64,000 nucleotides of DNA from an uncultured delta proteobacterium (GTDB lineage: Bacteria; Desulfobacterota; Desulfuromonadia; Geobacterales; Pseudopelobacteraceae). The stretch is taken from assembly GCA_963772835.1 (NCBI GenBank), contig CAVYYZ010000008.1, positions 192,001 through 256,000 on the forward strand. Reading direction: 5' to 3'. The first letter of the stretch is position 1. Each line of letters begins with the position of its first letter. The notes under the pieces are model-generated. The model was given only the letters and a program-made list of their open reading frames with translations, had not been told where the DNA came from and made no database searches. The position numbers and the translations under genes are program-made. Positions 51,955-62,020 of the stretch are shown in pieces.

Positions 51955-52717
51955 TCAGCCATTATTGAAACTGGAGAATATCACCAAACGCTTTAAAGAG
52001 CTGACGGCGGTTAACGGTGTCAGCCTGGAAGTTGCATACGGTGAAAAACTGGTCATTATCGGTCCCTCCGGTTCCGGTAAATCCACACTGCTCCGGTCAA
52101 TAAATCTCCTGGAGGAGATTGATGAGGGAACCATCCGTTTTGAAGGGCGTGAGGTGGGGTATATCATGCGCAACGCGAAACGTCATCAGGACCGCCCTCC
52201 GGCTATCAGTAAACTGCGTGCGGAGATCGGCATGGTATTCCAGCATTTCCATCTCTTTCCGCACATGACCGTCCTTGGCAACGTAATGGAAGGGCCATTG
52301 ACGGTACAACGTAAACCGGCAGATGAGGCACGTTCTATTGCAGCCGGTATGCTGGAAAAAGTTGGGCTGTCTGACAAACGGGACGTGTTTCCGGCCACCC
52401 TTTCAGGCGGACAGAAACAGCGGGTTGCAATCGCCCGCGCCCTCGCTATGCGGCCCAAGCTGATGCTGTTCGACGAACCGACTTCAGCCCTCGATCCGGA
52501 ACTTGTCGGCGAAGTCTTTGATACCATCCACACCCTGGCTGACGAGGGCATGACCATGATTATCGTCACCCATCATATGGGGTTTGCGCGGGAGTTGGCC
52601 GACCGGGTGATCTTTATGGAGTCCGGAAATTTTCTCGCACAGGGTACGCCGGAGGAACTCTTCAGCTCAGCACAGGACAATGAACGGATCAGGGGTTTTC
52701 TCAACCGTCTGTTGTAA
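51941..52717 (+). CDS. Amino acid ABC transporter ATP-binding protein
   Basis: GPSGSGKST, LSGGQKQR, FDEPTSALD. Confidence 0.95.
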   Translation: MNSANQPLLKLENITKRFKELTAVNGVSLEVAYGEKLVIIGPSGSGKSTLLRSINLLEEIDEGTIRFEGREVGYIMRNAKRHQDRPPAISKLRAEIGMVFQHFHLFPHMTVLGNVMEGPLTVQRKPADEARSIAAGMLEKVGLSDKRDVFPATLSGGQKQRVAIARALAMRPKLMLFDEPTSALDPELVGEVFDTIHTLADEGMTMIIVTHHMGFARELADRVIFMESGNFLAQGTPEELFSSAQDNERIRGFLNRLL

Positions 52718-52804
52718 GTACATTGGACATCCGGAAGGGAACCGGGACCGGATTTTGAAAAGAAATATGGCACCAGTTAAAAATTACTCGAAAAAAGTTT
52801 AAAA

Positions 52805-52835
52805 TAGAAAGGCGGCCGTTACGGCCGCCTTTCTA
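52805..52835. repeat. GGCGGCC hairpin repeat copy
   Basis: tagaaaggcggccgt-t-acggccgcctttcta. Confidence 0.85.
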
Positions 52836-52908
52836 CGTCTGTTGATCTGCCTTCTCCTTCCGCACCATCACCACACTCCGTTTACATGGCGTTTCGTATG
52901 CGATCACG

Positions 52909-53877
52909 TCAGACGGCTTTTTTCTTCTGATGGAACTGTCCGGCGGTATTGATCGCTATTGCGGCGTGGTTGGCAAGGAGTGCGATAAACTCGCATTCTG
53001 TATCGGTGAACGAATTGCCCCCGTTTTTGCCGCAGATATTCACGACACCGGCCACTTTGTCCTTGATCCGGAGCGGGAAAGAAATGCACCCCTGTGCAGT
53101 CAGCAGGTCGCCGCACAGGTCTTCTTCAGTAATATGGCGGGCGTATTTTGAGGAGTCTTTTTCGTCTATTCTCAACGGTTTGTTCCGGGATGCGACCAGT
53201 CCCGATATGCCGCGGTCACAGGGTAATTTGAACATTTTGACCGTATCACGGCTGATACCGACGCTTATTTTCATGAAAAAGTGGCTGCCGGATTTGTCCA
53301 GAAGGAGGAGATACCCCTGCTTTGCATCCAGTTGCTCTACCGCTTTTTCTACAAGTATGCGAAGGATGCCGGCGACTTCCGTGGTCGAAGAGAGAAGGCT
53401 GCAGAGGCGGTTAGTGGTTTTCATCATATCCAGAGCCTCCTGCAGCTGTCTGTTTTTGACCGAGAGGTCTGCAACAAGGAGTTCATTCTGTTGCTGGAGG
53501 CCCTTTTTTTCAAGCGCCCGCTTTACGACATTGGAAAGGATGTTCTCGTCGTCTATCGGCTTCACCAGATAGTCGTATGCTCCCAGGCGTAACGCCCTGA
53601 TTGTTGTATATGACGATGAGGTACTCGATATGACAATAACGTCGATGAGCGGCTTGCTGTCCTTCATGAGTTTGAGCATGTTGAGGCCGCTCATGCCGGG
53701 GAGGATGATGTCGGCCAGCACGAGGTCGAATTCCGTTTCCTGAAAGATCTCCAGAGCCTCTTCGGCCGATTCGCACAGGGTTACGAGATACCCGTTTTTG
53801 ACAAGCTGGTCTCCTAATACCTTCAGGATCATCGGCGAATCATCCACTAACAGGATGTGTGGTGTATCCGTCTTCAC
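52909..53877 (-). CDS. Response regulator (REC + coiled coil + GAF, no output domain)
   Basis: LLVDD, D.ILPGMSG, GAYDYLVKP; GISG.V, PL......GVVN, F...E. Confidence 0.88.
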   Translation of the reverse strand: MKTDTPHILLVDDSPMILKVLGDQLVKNGYLVTLCESAEEALEIFQETEFDLVLADIILPGMSGLNMLKLMKDSKPLIDVIVISSTSSSYTTIRALRLGAYDYLVKPIDDENILSNVVKRALEKKGLQQQNELLVADLSVKNRQLQEALDMMKTTNRLCSLLSSTTEVAGILRILVEKAVEQLDAKQGYLLLLDKSGSHFFMKISVGISRDTVKMFKLPCDRGISGLVASRNKPLRIDEKDSSKYARHITEEDLCGDLLTAQGCISFPLRIKDKVAGVVNICGKNGGNSFTDTECEFIALLANHAAIAINTAGQFHQKKKAV

Positions 53878-54086
53878 AAAAATGTCCCTCCCCGCGCAGT
53901 ATCAGATGGAATCAGAAACGGGAGTATATCCGAATACCGTGAAAAAGCAACGGATGTCGTACGGAAGGGTGCCGGCATTTGAATACTGGTGTGAAACACG
54001 GGCATTATCACCGGCACTTTCCCCTGTAAGGCGTTGTTGATCGGTCAGACTCGATTCACGTGTCTCAAAGGTTCATGCAACCATTT

Positions 54087-54115
54087 AAAAGGCGGCCGTT
54101 TCGGCCGCCTTTTTT
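54087..54115. repeat. GGCGGCC hairpin repeat copy (last in window)
   Basis: aaaaggcggccg-ttt-cggccgcctttttt. Confidence 0.85.
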
Positions 54116-54129
54116 GTTACGCCCGCTGC

Positions 54130-54504
54130 TCACGACGCAGGCATGCAAGAAACCGGGTTCATCTGCCACAGGGCCAGTGTCGCCCCGGTCGGATCGGTGA
54201 TGACGCTGAACCTGCCAATGCCGGGGATCTCGGTGACCTCCTTGCAGATCGTCCCTCCGAGGGCCCGTGCTTTCTCGGTAGCGCCGGCCGCATCATCCAC
54301 ATTGACGTAGGCCAGCCAGTATGACGGTGAGTCCGGTTGAACAGTTTTCATCATGCCACCGCCGGTCCCTTCCCCCACATTGATCATTGTGTAGTCCATC
54401 CCCGGTATGTCTTCCAGCTTCCAATCGAACAACCCGGAATAAAACGTCTTGGCTTTGGCCACATCAGTGGTCATTAACTCGATATGCACGAACGGATTTG
54501 CCAT
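54130..54504 (-). CDS. VOC/glyoxalase family protein
   Basis: FVHIEL.T.D..KAKTFY..LF.W, DPTGA..ALW. Confidence 0.9.
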   Translation of the reverse strand: MANPFVHIELMTTDVAKAKTFYSGLFDWKLEDIPGMDYTMINVGEGTGGGMMKTVQPDSPSYWLAYVNVDDAAGATEKARALGGTICKEVTEIPGIGRFSVITDPTGATLALWQMNPVSCMPAS

Positions 54505-54713
54505 GACACTTCTCCTTTCTGATTGAATAGATGTTTCATACGTCCATTTTACTCCGCCATTTGAAAAATAAAAGCTGAATACTATCGGCGGAACGCGGGC
54601 TGAAGGCCTGCTGAATCATTGATGGTAGAAGTATTGTGCGTGATGGTGTATAAAAAGCAGTATCATACCGCCAACGCGGGATGGGCAGATTACCCCTGCG
54701 GGAGTACAAACAT

Positions 54714-54929
54714 ATGCATGTAGATCTGGATGTGATGAAAAACCTGATCAGCAAACGAAGCGATGAAATTGAAAAGTGTGTTGTTGGAACCGGTTATCTG
54801 GCAAAAAGAGTCATCGGCGTCGGCACTTTTTTACTCGATAACGAAGGGGATATCGACCTGCTGTCCGCAAAACAGAAGGTCATCTTTGAAAAATTTCTTC
54901 TGCCGCTGCTGGGTCTGCCGCGCCGTTAG
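54714..54929 (+). CDS. Small hypothetical protein
   Basis: GGAG RBS, 71-aa ORF (LSAKQK..F..F..PLL). Confidence 0.65.
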   Translation: MHVDLDVMKNLISKRSDEIEKCVVGTGYLAKRVIGVGTFLLDNEGDIDLLSAKQKVIFEKFLLPLLGLPRR

Positions 54930-54985
54930 ACGGCAGTGAACAAGCTATGATTTTTCAGCTCACAGGTGTCATCAGGAGGATGAGC

Positions 54986-56140
54986 ATGATAAGACTGTTC
55001 TGTTCTGCGCTATTTATGCTGTTACTGGTATCCGGCTGTGGTTGGAACGACACTCCGACCCGGGAAAACGACTTTACCTCGCTGACATCTATTACAATCA
55101 GTGCGGCCTCTCCGACGATAGCCATGGATACATCTGCCAGACTTACCGCAACCGGCAACTACTCGGGTCTTTACACCCGGGACATTACCGACCAGGTCGT
55201 CTGGTCGAGCGCTTCACCGGTCGTGGCTGATTTTGTATCCGGGATTCCGGGCAGGGTGAAAGGCATTGCCCCGGGGACCGCCATCCTGAAGGCGACCGTG
55301 GGGAGCGTGTCGTCGACCTACTTGGTGACGGTCAGTTCTGCTACCATAGCGAGCATTGTGGTTACCCCCGCGGCACCGTCAGTCGCCGCAGGACTGAACA
55401 CACAGTTTACCGCAACCGGTACTTTCTCTGACTCAACAACCCAAGACCTGACCTTTGATGCCACCTGGTCTTCAGCCCCCGGCACATTTGCGACCGTAAG
55501 CAACGCCCCCGCCAGCAAGGGGATTGCCCATGCAATCGCAGTCGGCTCAGAGACAATTACCGCGACTTTCGGCTCTGCCCCTGTCAGCGGCACAGTGACG
55601 CTGAACGTCACACCGGCGATACTTCAGTCAATTGTGGTCACACCGATCAACTCTTCAATCGCAGGTTTATCAAAAACAGTGACTTTCGCTGCTGCCGGCA
55701 CGTATTCCGACGGAACGATTGTCGACGTCACCGGTTCGGCTGTCTGGGCATCATCCCTGATGGGTATTGCCACGATTTCCGCCGGCGGGACAGCCACTAC
55801 AGTTGCAGCGGGAACGACCTCCATCAGTGCCACACTGGGCAGCATCAGCGGTAAAACAAACCTCACAGTGACGGCTCTTGTTCTGAATACTAACGGACTG
55901 CAAATCACTCCGGCCAACCCGAATGTGGGCGCCGGATCGCCTCTGCAACTGACTTTAACCGCAACCTTTACCGACGGTTCGACCCAGAATGTGGCTGCCA
56001 GCAGCACCTGGATCTCCGGCGACATAACGAAAGCGACCGTTAACAGTACCGGGTTGGTCACCGGAGTCGCCGCAGGCTCAACCATTATTACTGCATCGTA
56101 TGGCAATCAATCGACAACGACCATAGTCACCGTACCGTAA
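54986..56140 (+). CDS. Lipoprotein with about four bacterial Ig-like (Big_2) domains
   Basis: Lipobox VSGC; repeats of 'SI.VTP..A.GT.SDG...D.T...W.S'. Confidence 0.9.
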   Translation: MIRLFCSALFMLLLVSGCGWNDTPTRENDFTSLTSITISAASPTIAMDTSARLTATGNYSGLYTRDITDQVVWSSASPVVADFVSGIPGRVKGIAPGTAILKATVGSVSSTYLVTVSSATIASIVVTPAAPSVAAGLNTQFTATGTFSDSTTQDLTFDATWSSAPGTFATVSNAPASKGIAHAIAVGSETITATFGSAPVSGTVTLNVTPAILQSIVVTPINSSIAGLSKTVTFAAAGTYSDGTIVDVTGSAVWASSLMGIATISAGGTATTVAAGTTSISATLGSISGKTNLTVTALVLNTNGLQITPANPNVGAGSPLQLTLTATFTDGSTQNVAASSTWISGDITKATVNSTGLVTGVAAGSTIITASYGNQSTTTIVTVP

Positions 56141-56175
56141 CGAGAAAAATATTACTGATTACAGGGAAGGACGAT

Positions 56176-56826
56176 ATGAAACGAACCTGGCGGATGATAC
56201 TTACCCTCTGTCTGCTGCTCCTGTTCAGTGGACAGGCCATGGCAGAACACTCGGGACCCTATGTCGCTGCTTTTATTGGCGGAAGTGCGTTGATGGCTGC
56301 CAAGAGTACTGACAGCCTTGGTGACTTCAACCTTACTTTTAAACCTGATTTGCTGGGAAGCGCAGTACTCGGCTGGGATTTTGTGCCGGGAGACCCGGTG
56401 GGACCGGGGAGGATCGAACTTGAATACACCCGGCGCAGAAGTCCTCTCGACCAGGTAAAGTTTGTCGAAGGGAGTTTCACGGGGGGGGGCGACGTAACTG
56501 CGGAAAGCCTGCTGCTCAATTTTTTCGGTGTCTTCCGTAATAAAGGGCCCATGGCGCCTTATTTCGGGGTCGGTGTGGGAGCTGCCCGCATGGGAGCTTC
56601 TGCTCTGACGGTGACTAACGAACCTCTGGCCACCGGTTCAGATATAGTCTTTGCGTATCAGGTGGGGACCGGTGTTGAGTTCGCTCTCACAAATTATTTG
56701 AGCCTCGATCTCGGGTACCGCTTTTTCAGCGGAACCCGCCCCAAGTTCACCGAGGCCAACGGTAAAAATTTTAAAATGGATTATCTCAGCCATAGTGCCA
56801 TGCTTGGCTTGCGACTAGGATTCTAA
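56176..56826 (+). CDS. Small outer-membrane beta-barrel protein
   Basis: Signal peptide; PYFGVGVG, FAYQVGTG, LDLGYRF; C-terminal LRLGF. Confidence 0.88.
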   Translation: MKRTWRMILTLCLLLLFSGQAMAEHSGPYVAAFIGGSALMAAKSTDSLGDFNLTFKPDLLGSAVLGWDFVPGDPVGPGRIELEYTRRRSPLDQVKFVEGSFTGGGDVTAESLLLNFFGVFRNKGPMAPYFGVGVGAARMGASALTVTNEPLATGSDIVFAYQVGTGVEFALTNYLSLDLGYRFFSGTRPKFTEANGKNFKMDYLSHSAMLGLRLGF

Positions 56827-56840
56827 CGGTTATCTGTCGC

Positions 56841-58994
56841 TTGACTGAGCAAAATATCATGTTTTGGTTCCGGATTGTCCGGTTCCGGAGGAAGCAATTA
56901 GTGGTCTTCTTGTACAAGCGAACAAAATATACGCTTTTCTTCGCAACCGCTGTTTTTCTGTTCTTAATTCTTGCCCATTTGGCTCACGCCCAGGAAGGTT
57001 TTGCCACATATCCACCACTACCGCCCGGTTACACCTCCATACGGGTTTTCGACAGCCAGAGCCAGTTTGTCGGCCGCATTCTTCCGGAGAAGAGATACTG
57101 GGTCACCATAGATCGTATCCCCGAGTTTCTTCAAAAGGCCGTCGTGGCCGTGGAAGATGCCCGCTTTTATGAGCATAACGGTATCGATATCCGCGGGATC
57201 GCACGGGCACTGGTGAAAGATGTGGTCAAACGGAAAATGGTCGAAGGTGGTTCGACCATCACCCAGCAGTTGATTAAAAACAGATACCTGTCCGGAGAGA
57301 AAACACTTGAACGAAAGTTTGATGAAGCCCGGCTGGCCATAGAATTTGAACAGAAATACAACAAAAAGCAGATCCTGGAGATGTACTTCAATGAAATCTA
57401 TTACGGGAACGGTGCCTGGGGTATTGGCCAGGCTGCCCGACTCTATTTCGATAAAAATCCCGAGGAGCTGACCGACGCCGAGTGTGCCCAGTTGGCCGGC
57501 GTGCAAAAAAATCCTGCCCGCTACAACCCTCTCGGAAAATCGGCCAATGTCACGGGGCGTCGGGATGTGGTCCTCAAACGGATGGTTGGTTTGAATATGA
57601 TATCTGCCCGTCAAAGCCAGACGTTGCGAGCCAATCCGGCTTCAGTGGTAAAGTCAGGCCAGGCACTGCAGTACATTGCTCATGTCAGGAACATACTGAT
57701 CGAGCGTTACGGAGCGGAAATAATAGAGCAGGGTGGTCTGGAAGTGACCGCGGCTCTTAATCTGAACCTGCAAAAGCAGGCAGAGCTGGCGTTGAGTGAG
57801 GGGGTAAAAAAGATTTCTCCGCAGCTGCAGGGTGCTTTGATCTGTCTGGACACCGCCACGGGGAATCTTCTGGCAGCCGTGGGTGGAGTCGATGCAATAC
57901 AGACCGCCTACAACCGCGCTTTCCTTGCCAAACGGCAGCCAGGTTCAGCCATCAAGCCAATGATTTATGCCGCGGCGCTGGAGCGCGGTTATACCGCCGG
58001 AAGTGTCTTTGATGATGTGCCCGTAGAATATAACCGCGGAAACGGTGAAGTCTGGAAGCCGCAGAATTACGGCGCGGAACAGTATGGAGTGCTCTCCCTC
58101 AGGCAGGCCCTTGCCTACTCAAACAATGTCATAGCGGTAAAGCTCCTTGACGCCATCGGCATTCCGTATTTTGTCAATTTTGCCGGCAAACTGGGACTGC
58201 GGTTACGGGCTGAAAACGGTCTCTCCCTCGCTCTTGGAACAGATGAAGTCACTTTGAATGATCTCGTTCTGGCATATGCCCCTCTGGCGACCGGGGGGGT
58301 GCGCCCCGAGGCGAGGGCAATTATCCGTATTTATGATCGCAACCGCCGGACGTGGGTAGAAAATCCTCCGGTGCTCACCCCTGTTCTCTCTCCGGCCACA
58401 GCCTTTGTCACCACCCAGATGCTGAAGGACGTCATGATCTATGGCACCGCCAAGAGTCTCAAAAAATTCAGCCAGGAACGACCGTCTGCCGGCAAAACCG
58501 GTACTACCGATGATTATCGGGATGCCTGGTTTGTCGGATATACTCCGCAGATAGTGACCGGCGTCTGGGTGGGATATGACAAACCGAAACCGGTGGGGAA
58601 AGGCTTTACCGGCGGGGCTGCTGCTGCTCCCATCTGGGAACGGTTCATGAACAAAGTTATGGCTTCAAAACCGGTTGTGGATTTCGTGCAGCCGGATACG
58701 GTCGTTTCAGTTGCAATTGACCCGGTGACCGGTTATCTTTCTACGATCGACTGTCCGTTGAAACGCGATGAGTTTTATATCGCAGGGACCGAGCCGACCC
58801 AGTATTGCCCCACACACGGCGGGAATGTTATTACGCCGTTACTGTCGCCACTGTCGCCATTGCCATTGCCATTGCCATTGCCATTGCCATTGCCATTGCC
58901 ATTGCCATTGCCGGTGCCGGTGCCGGTGCCGGATGTTCCCGGATATCTCCCGGCACCGGGGGCGCATGAATCGGAAACGACCGGGAAAGAATAG
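56841..58994 (+). CDS. Class A penicillin-binding protein (PBP1A family)
   Basis: EDARFYEH.G, GGSTITQQ, S-A-I-K, S-N-N, KTGT; start uncertain. Confidence 0.93.
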   Translation: MTEQNIMFWFRIVRFRRKQLVVFLYKRTKYTLFFATAVFLFLILAHLAHAQEGFATYPPLPPGYTSIRVFDSQSQFVGRILPEKRYWVTIDRIPEFLQKAVVAVEDARFYEHNGIDIRGIARALVKDVVKRKMVEGGSTITQQLIKNRYLSGEKTLERKFDEARLAIEFEQKYNKKQILEMYFNEIYYGNGAWGIGQAARLYFDKNPEELTDAECAQLAGVQKNPARYNPLGKSANVTGRRDVVLKRMVGLNMISARQSQTLRANPASVVKSGQALQYIAHVRNILIERYGAEIIEQGGLEVTAALNLNLQKQAELALSEGVKKISPQLQGALICLDTATGNLLAAVGGVDAIQTAYNRAFLAKRQPGSAIKPMIYAAALERGYTAGSVFDDVPVEYNRGNGEVWKPQNYGAEQYGVLSLRQALAYSNNVIAVKLLDAIGIPYFVNFAGKLGLRLRAENGLSLALGTDEVTLNDLVLAYAPLATGGVRPEARAIIRIYDRNRRTWVENPPVLTPVLSPATAFVTTQMLKDVMIYGTAKSLKKFSQERPSAGKTGTTDDYRDAWFVGYTPQIVTGVWVGYDKPKPVGKGFTGGAAAAPIWERFMNKVMASKPVVDFVQPDTVVSVAIDPVTGYLSTIDCPLKRDEFYIAGTEPTQYCPTHGGNVITPLLSPLSPLPLPLPLPLPLPLPLPLPVPVPVPDVPGYLPAPGAHESETTGKE
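58857..58928 (+). repeat. (CCATTG)9(CCGGTG)3 hexamer tandem repeat encoding (PL)9(PV)3
   Basis: Read directly from sequence. Confidence 0.95.
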
Positions 58995-59058
58995 GGCGTT
59001 TCGTTGAGGGTATTGAAAGTTGGAAACAGTAAACACGACTACGTGTTCGGGAGGAAGT

Positions 59059-59481
59059 ATGGATACTGACAGCAGCAGGAGGACTTTTTTAGGAGTTGTG
59101 CTTGGCGGTCTGAGTGTCGTTGCGGCTGCCGCGGTCTCCTGGCCGCTGTTCCGGTATCTGGCGCCACGTTCCGGTGGTGAAATTGCCGGAAAGGTTGTGA
59201 TACCTGATACGGATGTCCGTGAAGGCGAAGCAAAATTTTTCGAATTTGCCGGATCTTCGGCGGTTCTGGTCCGGAAAAGGGGGGGTGATCTTGTTGCCCT
59301 TTCTGCGGTCTGTACACATTTGGGGTGCATTGTGCAATGGGAAAAAGACAAGCAGGACTTCCTCTGCCCATGCCATGGCGGACATTACACCGCAGATGGC
59401 GCAGTGACGGCCGGTCCTCCTCCGAAGCCGCTGAAAGTTCTGCCGTTTTCAGTTGCCGGGGGAAAAATTACCGTTGGATGA
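59059..59481 (+). CDS. Rieske iron-sulfur subunit
   Basis: Tat SRRTFL; CTHLGC; CPCHGG. Confidence 0.95.
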   Translation: MDTDSSRRTFLGVVLGGLSVVAAAAVSWPLFRYLAPRSGGEIAGKVVIPDTDVREGEAKFFEFAGSSAVLVRKRGGDLVALSAVCTHLGCIVQWEKDKQDFLCPCHGGHYTADGAVTAGPPPKPLKVLPFSVAGGKITVG

Positions 59482-59504
59482 ATTGATTTGTGGAAGGAGC
59501 CGGT

Positions 59505-60608
59505 ATGGAACTCATAAAAAAAATAGTTGACTGGGTCGATGTTCGTGTCGGAATCCGCGAGGTGACAGAGAAGGAACTCACCGGATATCTCCTGCCGAAA
59601 AACATAAATGTCTGGTACTCCATGGGAAGCATATTGATGTTCGCTTTTGCCCTGCAGATTGTTACCGGAATGCTGCTCCTGATCTATTACGTACCGGATG
59701 CAGACAAAGCATTCAAGAGTGTTACCGCCATTATGAATGACGTGCCATACGGATGGCTGATCCGCATGCTACACGCTGTCGGTTCAAATATGATGGTATT
59801 GGTGCTGCTGCTCCATATGCTTTCAGTGCTGTTCATGGGGAGTTACAAAAAACCTCGTGAATTGAACTGGGTGACCGGTTTTATTCTTCTCAGCATGATA
59901 CAGGGCATATCTCTTACCGGATATCTTCTCCCCTGGAGCCAGTTGTCTTTCTGGGCCACCACCGTGGCTACCAACAGCGCCAATGCGATACCGGTGGTGG
60001 GGCCGTACCTTGTGGAGTTTCTGCGCGGCAGTCCGCTGGTCGGCCCCCCGACTCTGGGGCGATTCTTCGCGTTGCATGTAGCGGTCATACCGGCCGGAAT
60101 CGCGGCCATGATCGGCGCCCATCTCTTCTTCCTCAAGCGTACCGGAGTATCAACGCCTCCCTTTGGACAGCAGGAGACGTCCAACCAGTGGTCGGGCGGG
60201 AGCTATACTCATGAAAACCATCCGGGCGGGATCCCGTTTTTCCCCAATTTTGCACTTGAAGACCTGAGGTCGATCGCAATTTACATGGCCATTTTTCTGG
60301 CGGTGGTCTTTTTCGACCCCTACCTGTTCTTTCCGAAGGATGCTTTCATCCCGGCCAACGCCTTTGTGACACCGGCGCACATAAAGCCGGAATGGTACTT
60401 CCTGGCCAACTATCAGACGTTGAAAATTTTCCCCAATGAGCTGATAGGTCTGTCACTGCAGGGTGCTGCGATGACCTTTCTGGCGCTGCTTCCCTTTATA
60501 GATCGAGGCAGGGAGCGCCATCCCCTGAAACGACCGTTATTCCTGGCCTGCTCTATCGGCGGACTGCTGCTCTGGATCGGGCTGAGTATCTGGGGGCATT
60601 TATCATGA
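59505..60608 (+). CDS. Cytochrome b of a bc-type complex
   Basis: GWLIR.LH, TGYLLPW.Q.S.W, RFFALH, PEWY. Confidence 0.95.
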   Translation: MELIKKIVDWVDVRVGIREVTEKELTGYLLPKNINVWYSMGSILMFAFALQIVTGMLLLIYYVPDADKAFKSVTAIMNDVPYGWLIRMLHAVGSNMMVLVLLLHMLSVLFMGSYKKPRELNWVTGFILLSMIQGISLTGYLLPWSQLSFWATTVATNSANAIPVVGPYLVEFLRGSPLVGPPTLGRFFALHVAVIPAGIAAMIGAHLFFLKRTGVSTPPFGQQETSNQWSGGSYTHENHPGGIPFFPNFALEDLRSIAIYMAIFLAVVFFDPYLFFPKDAFIPANAFVTPAHIKPEWYFLANYQTLKIFPNELIGLSLQGAAMTFLALLPFIDRGRERHPLKRPLFLACSIGGLLLWIGLSIWGHLS

Positions 60609-61429
60609 AATATCGGAATACTGCCATGAAACTTCGATTACAACTGTGTGTCATGTTGCTGCTTGCTTTCGTACCATATCTGCTCCCGACGGCATCGTGC
60701 GCAGAAGAAGCAACAGAGATAGTCTGCATTCAGTGTCACTCCAAAATGCCTGAAAAATACAGCCAACCGGTAAAACTCTGGCGGGGCAGCATTCATGCCG
60801 AAAACGGCATCGCCTGCAATGGCTGCCACGGGGGCGATCCGAAAGATGCTGCAAACGCCATGAACCCGGCACGAGGTTTTCTGGGAGCTCCCAAGGAGCC
60901 GGCAATTCCGGCTTTCTGCGGCCGCTGCCATGTCGGAGTGTTAAAGGATTATCTGGCCAGTGCCCACGGTCGCATGCTGGGAAAAGGCGGGCCGACCTGT
61001 GTCACCTGTCACGGGAATCATCAGGTAATAAAGGCTTCCATTGAGTTGATTAACGAAAAGAGCTGCAGCCGCTGTCATAGTTTTGAGCGTGCCAGAATAA
61101 TTCGTGATGCCATGCAGGAGACCGAATCAATCATTGTGGCGATCGACGGGCGCATCAGTGCCTATACATTGACCGGGACCGACACCGGTAAACTGGAAAA
61201 GGATCTTTTTGCAGTACGCAATCGTTTCCATACCCTGTTCCACAACGTCAATGCGGATCTGGTTACAAAAGAATCAGCAGGGATTCAGGACGATCTGAAG
61301 AAAATCCAGATCGTACTTGCTACACTGGATGATGCGCAGCAGAAACGGAAAATTGCCGGGGCAGCTGCCGTGTCGTTCCTGCTGCTGTTTGCCCTGGTTC
61401 TGCACCTTTTTAGAAAGACAATTGACTAG
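60605..61429 (+). CDS. Pentaheme cytochrome c with C-terminal membrane anchor
   Basis: CIQCH, CNGCH, CGRCH, CVTCH, CSRCH. Confidence 0.93.
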   Translation: MKYRNTAMKLRLQLCVMLLLAFVPYLLPTASCAEEATEIVCIQCHSKMPEKYSQPVKLWRGSIHAENGIACNGCHGGDPKDAANAMNPARGFLGAPKEPAIPAFCGRCHVGVLKDYLASAHGRMLGKGGPTCVTCHGNHQVIKASIELINEKSCSRCHSFERARIIRDAMQETESIIVAIDGRISAYTLTGTDTGKLEKDLFAVRNRFHTLFHNVNADLVTKESAGIQDDLKKIQIVLATLDDAQQKRKIAGAAAVSFLLLFALVLHLFRKTID

Positions 61430-61522
61430 ACCCCGGTTTCTGATTCTTGATGCCGGCACTAACTCAGTTGACATTCTGAAGCTGGTTGCATACATTGCCA
61501 TTATGATATATACGGACAATCC

Positions 61523-61876
61523 ATGAATTTCGCACGTGTCTATAATGTTTTTACCGCAACGGCTCTGATCGTCATATATCTGTTCCTTCCGGCAACGATC
61601 GGTGCCCATGCTGCCATCCTGAACGACATGTCCGGTTCCTCACCGGCCTACAGCACTACCGCTCCGGCACCGTGCGACAACTGCCCCTGCTCTGACGGGC
61701 AGGGTTCTGACTGCTGCGACACGACTTTCTGCAGCTGTGCGTGCCACGCGCCGCTTAGCAGCGGGCTACGCCTCACCTATGCTCCGCTTTTGGTGACCCA
61801 TAACTTCCGGGAGCAATCCTGGACATTGCCCCAGGTGTACCTTCCCATTTTTGTCCCTCCGCAAAACCCTGCCTGA
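61523..61876 (+). CDS. Small Cys-rich protein with C-terminal IFVPP motif
   Basis: Hydrophobic N-terminus; CDNCPC..CC...CSCACH. Confidence 0.65.
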   Translation: MNFARVYNVFTATALIVIYLFLPATIGAHAAILNDMSGSSPAYSTTAPAPCDNCPCSDGQGSDCCDTTFCSCACHAPLSSGLRLTYAPLLVTHNFREQSWTLPQVYLPIFVPPQNPA

Positions 61877-62020
61877 TATGCTTTGGAAAAAAATAATATA
61901 ACAGACCTGTTTTTACACCTGTATTTGCACCCATTCAGTTCAATGCCAAACCAGTTCTGACGCCCCCTCGGAGTCACTCCGGTGGGGGATGGCGGCACAC
62001 ATTTCAAGGAGACCGTGCTC

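Noticed and set aside
58768..59351. (CH)n and (WQ)n repeat ORFs
   Set aside because: Alternative frames of the CCATTG repeat inside PBP1A.
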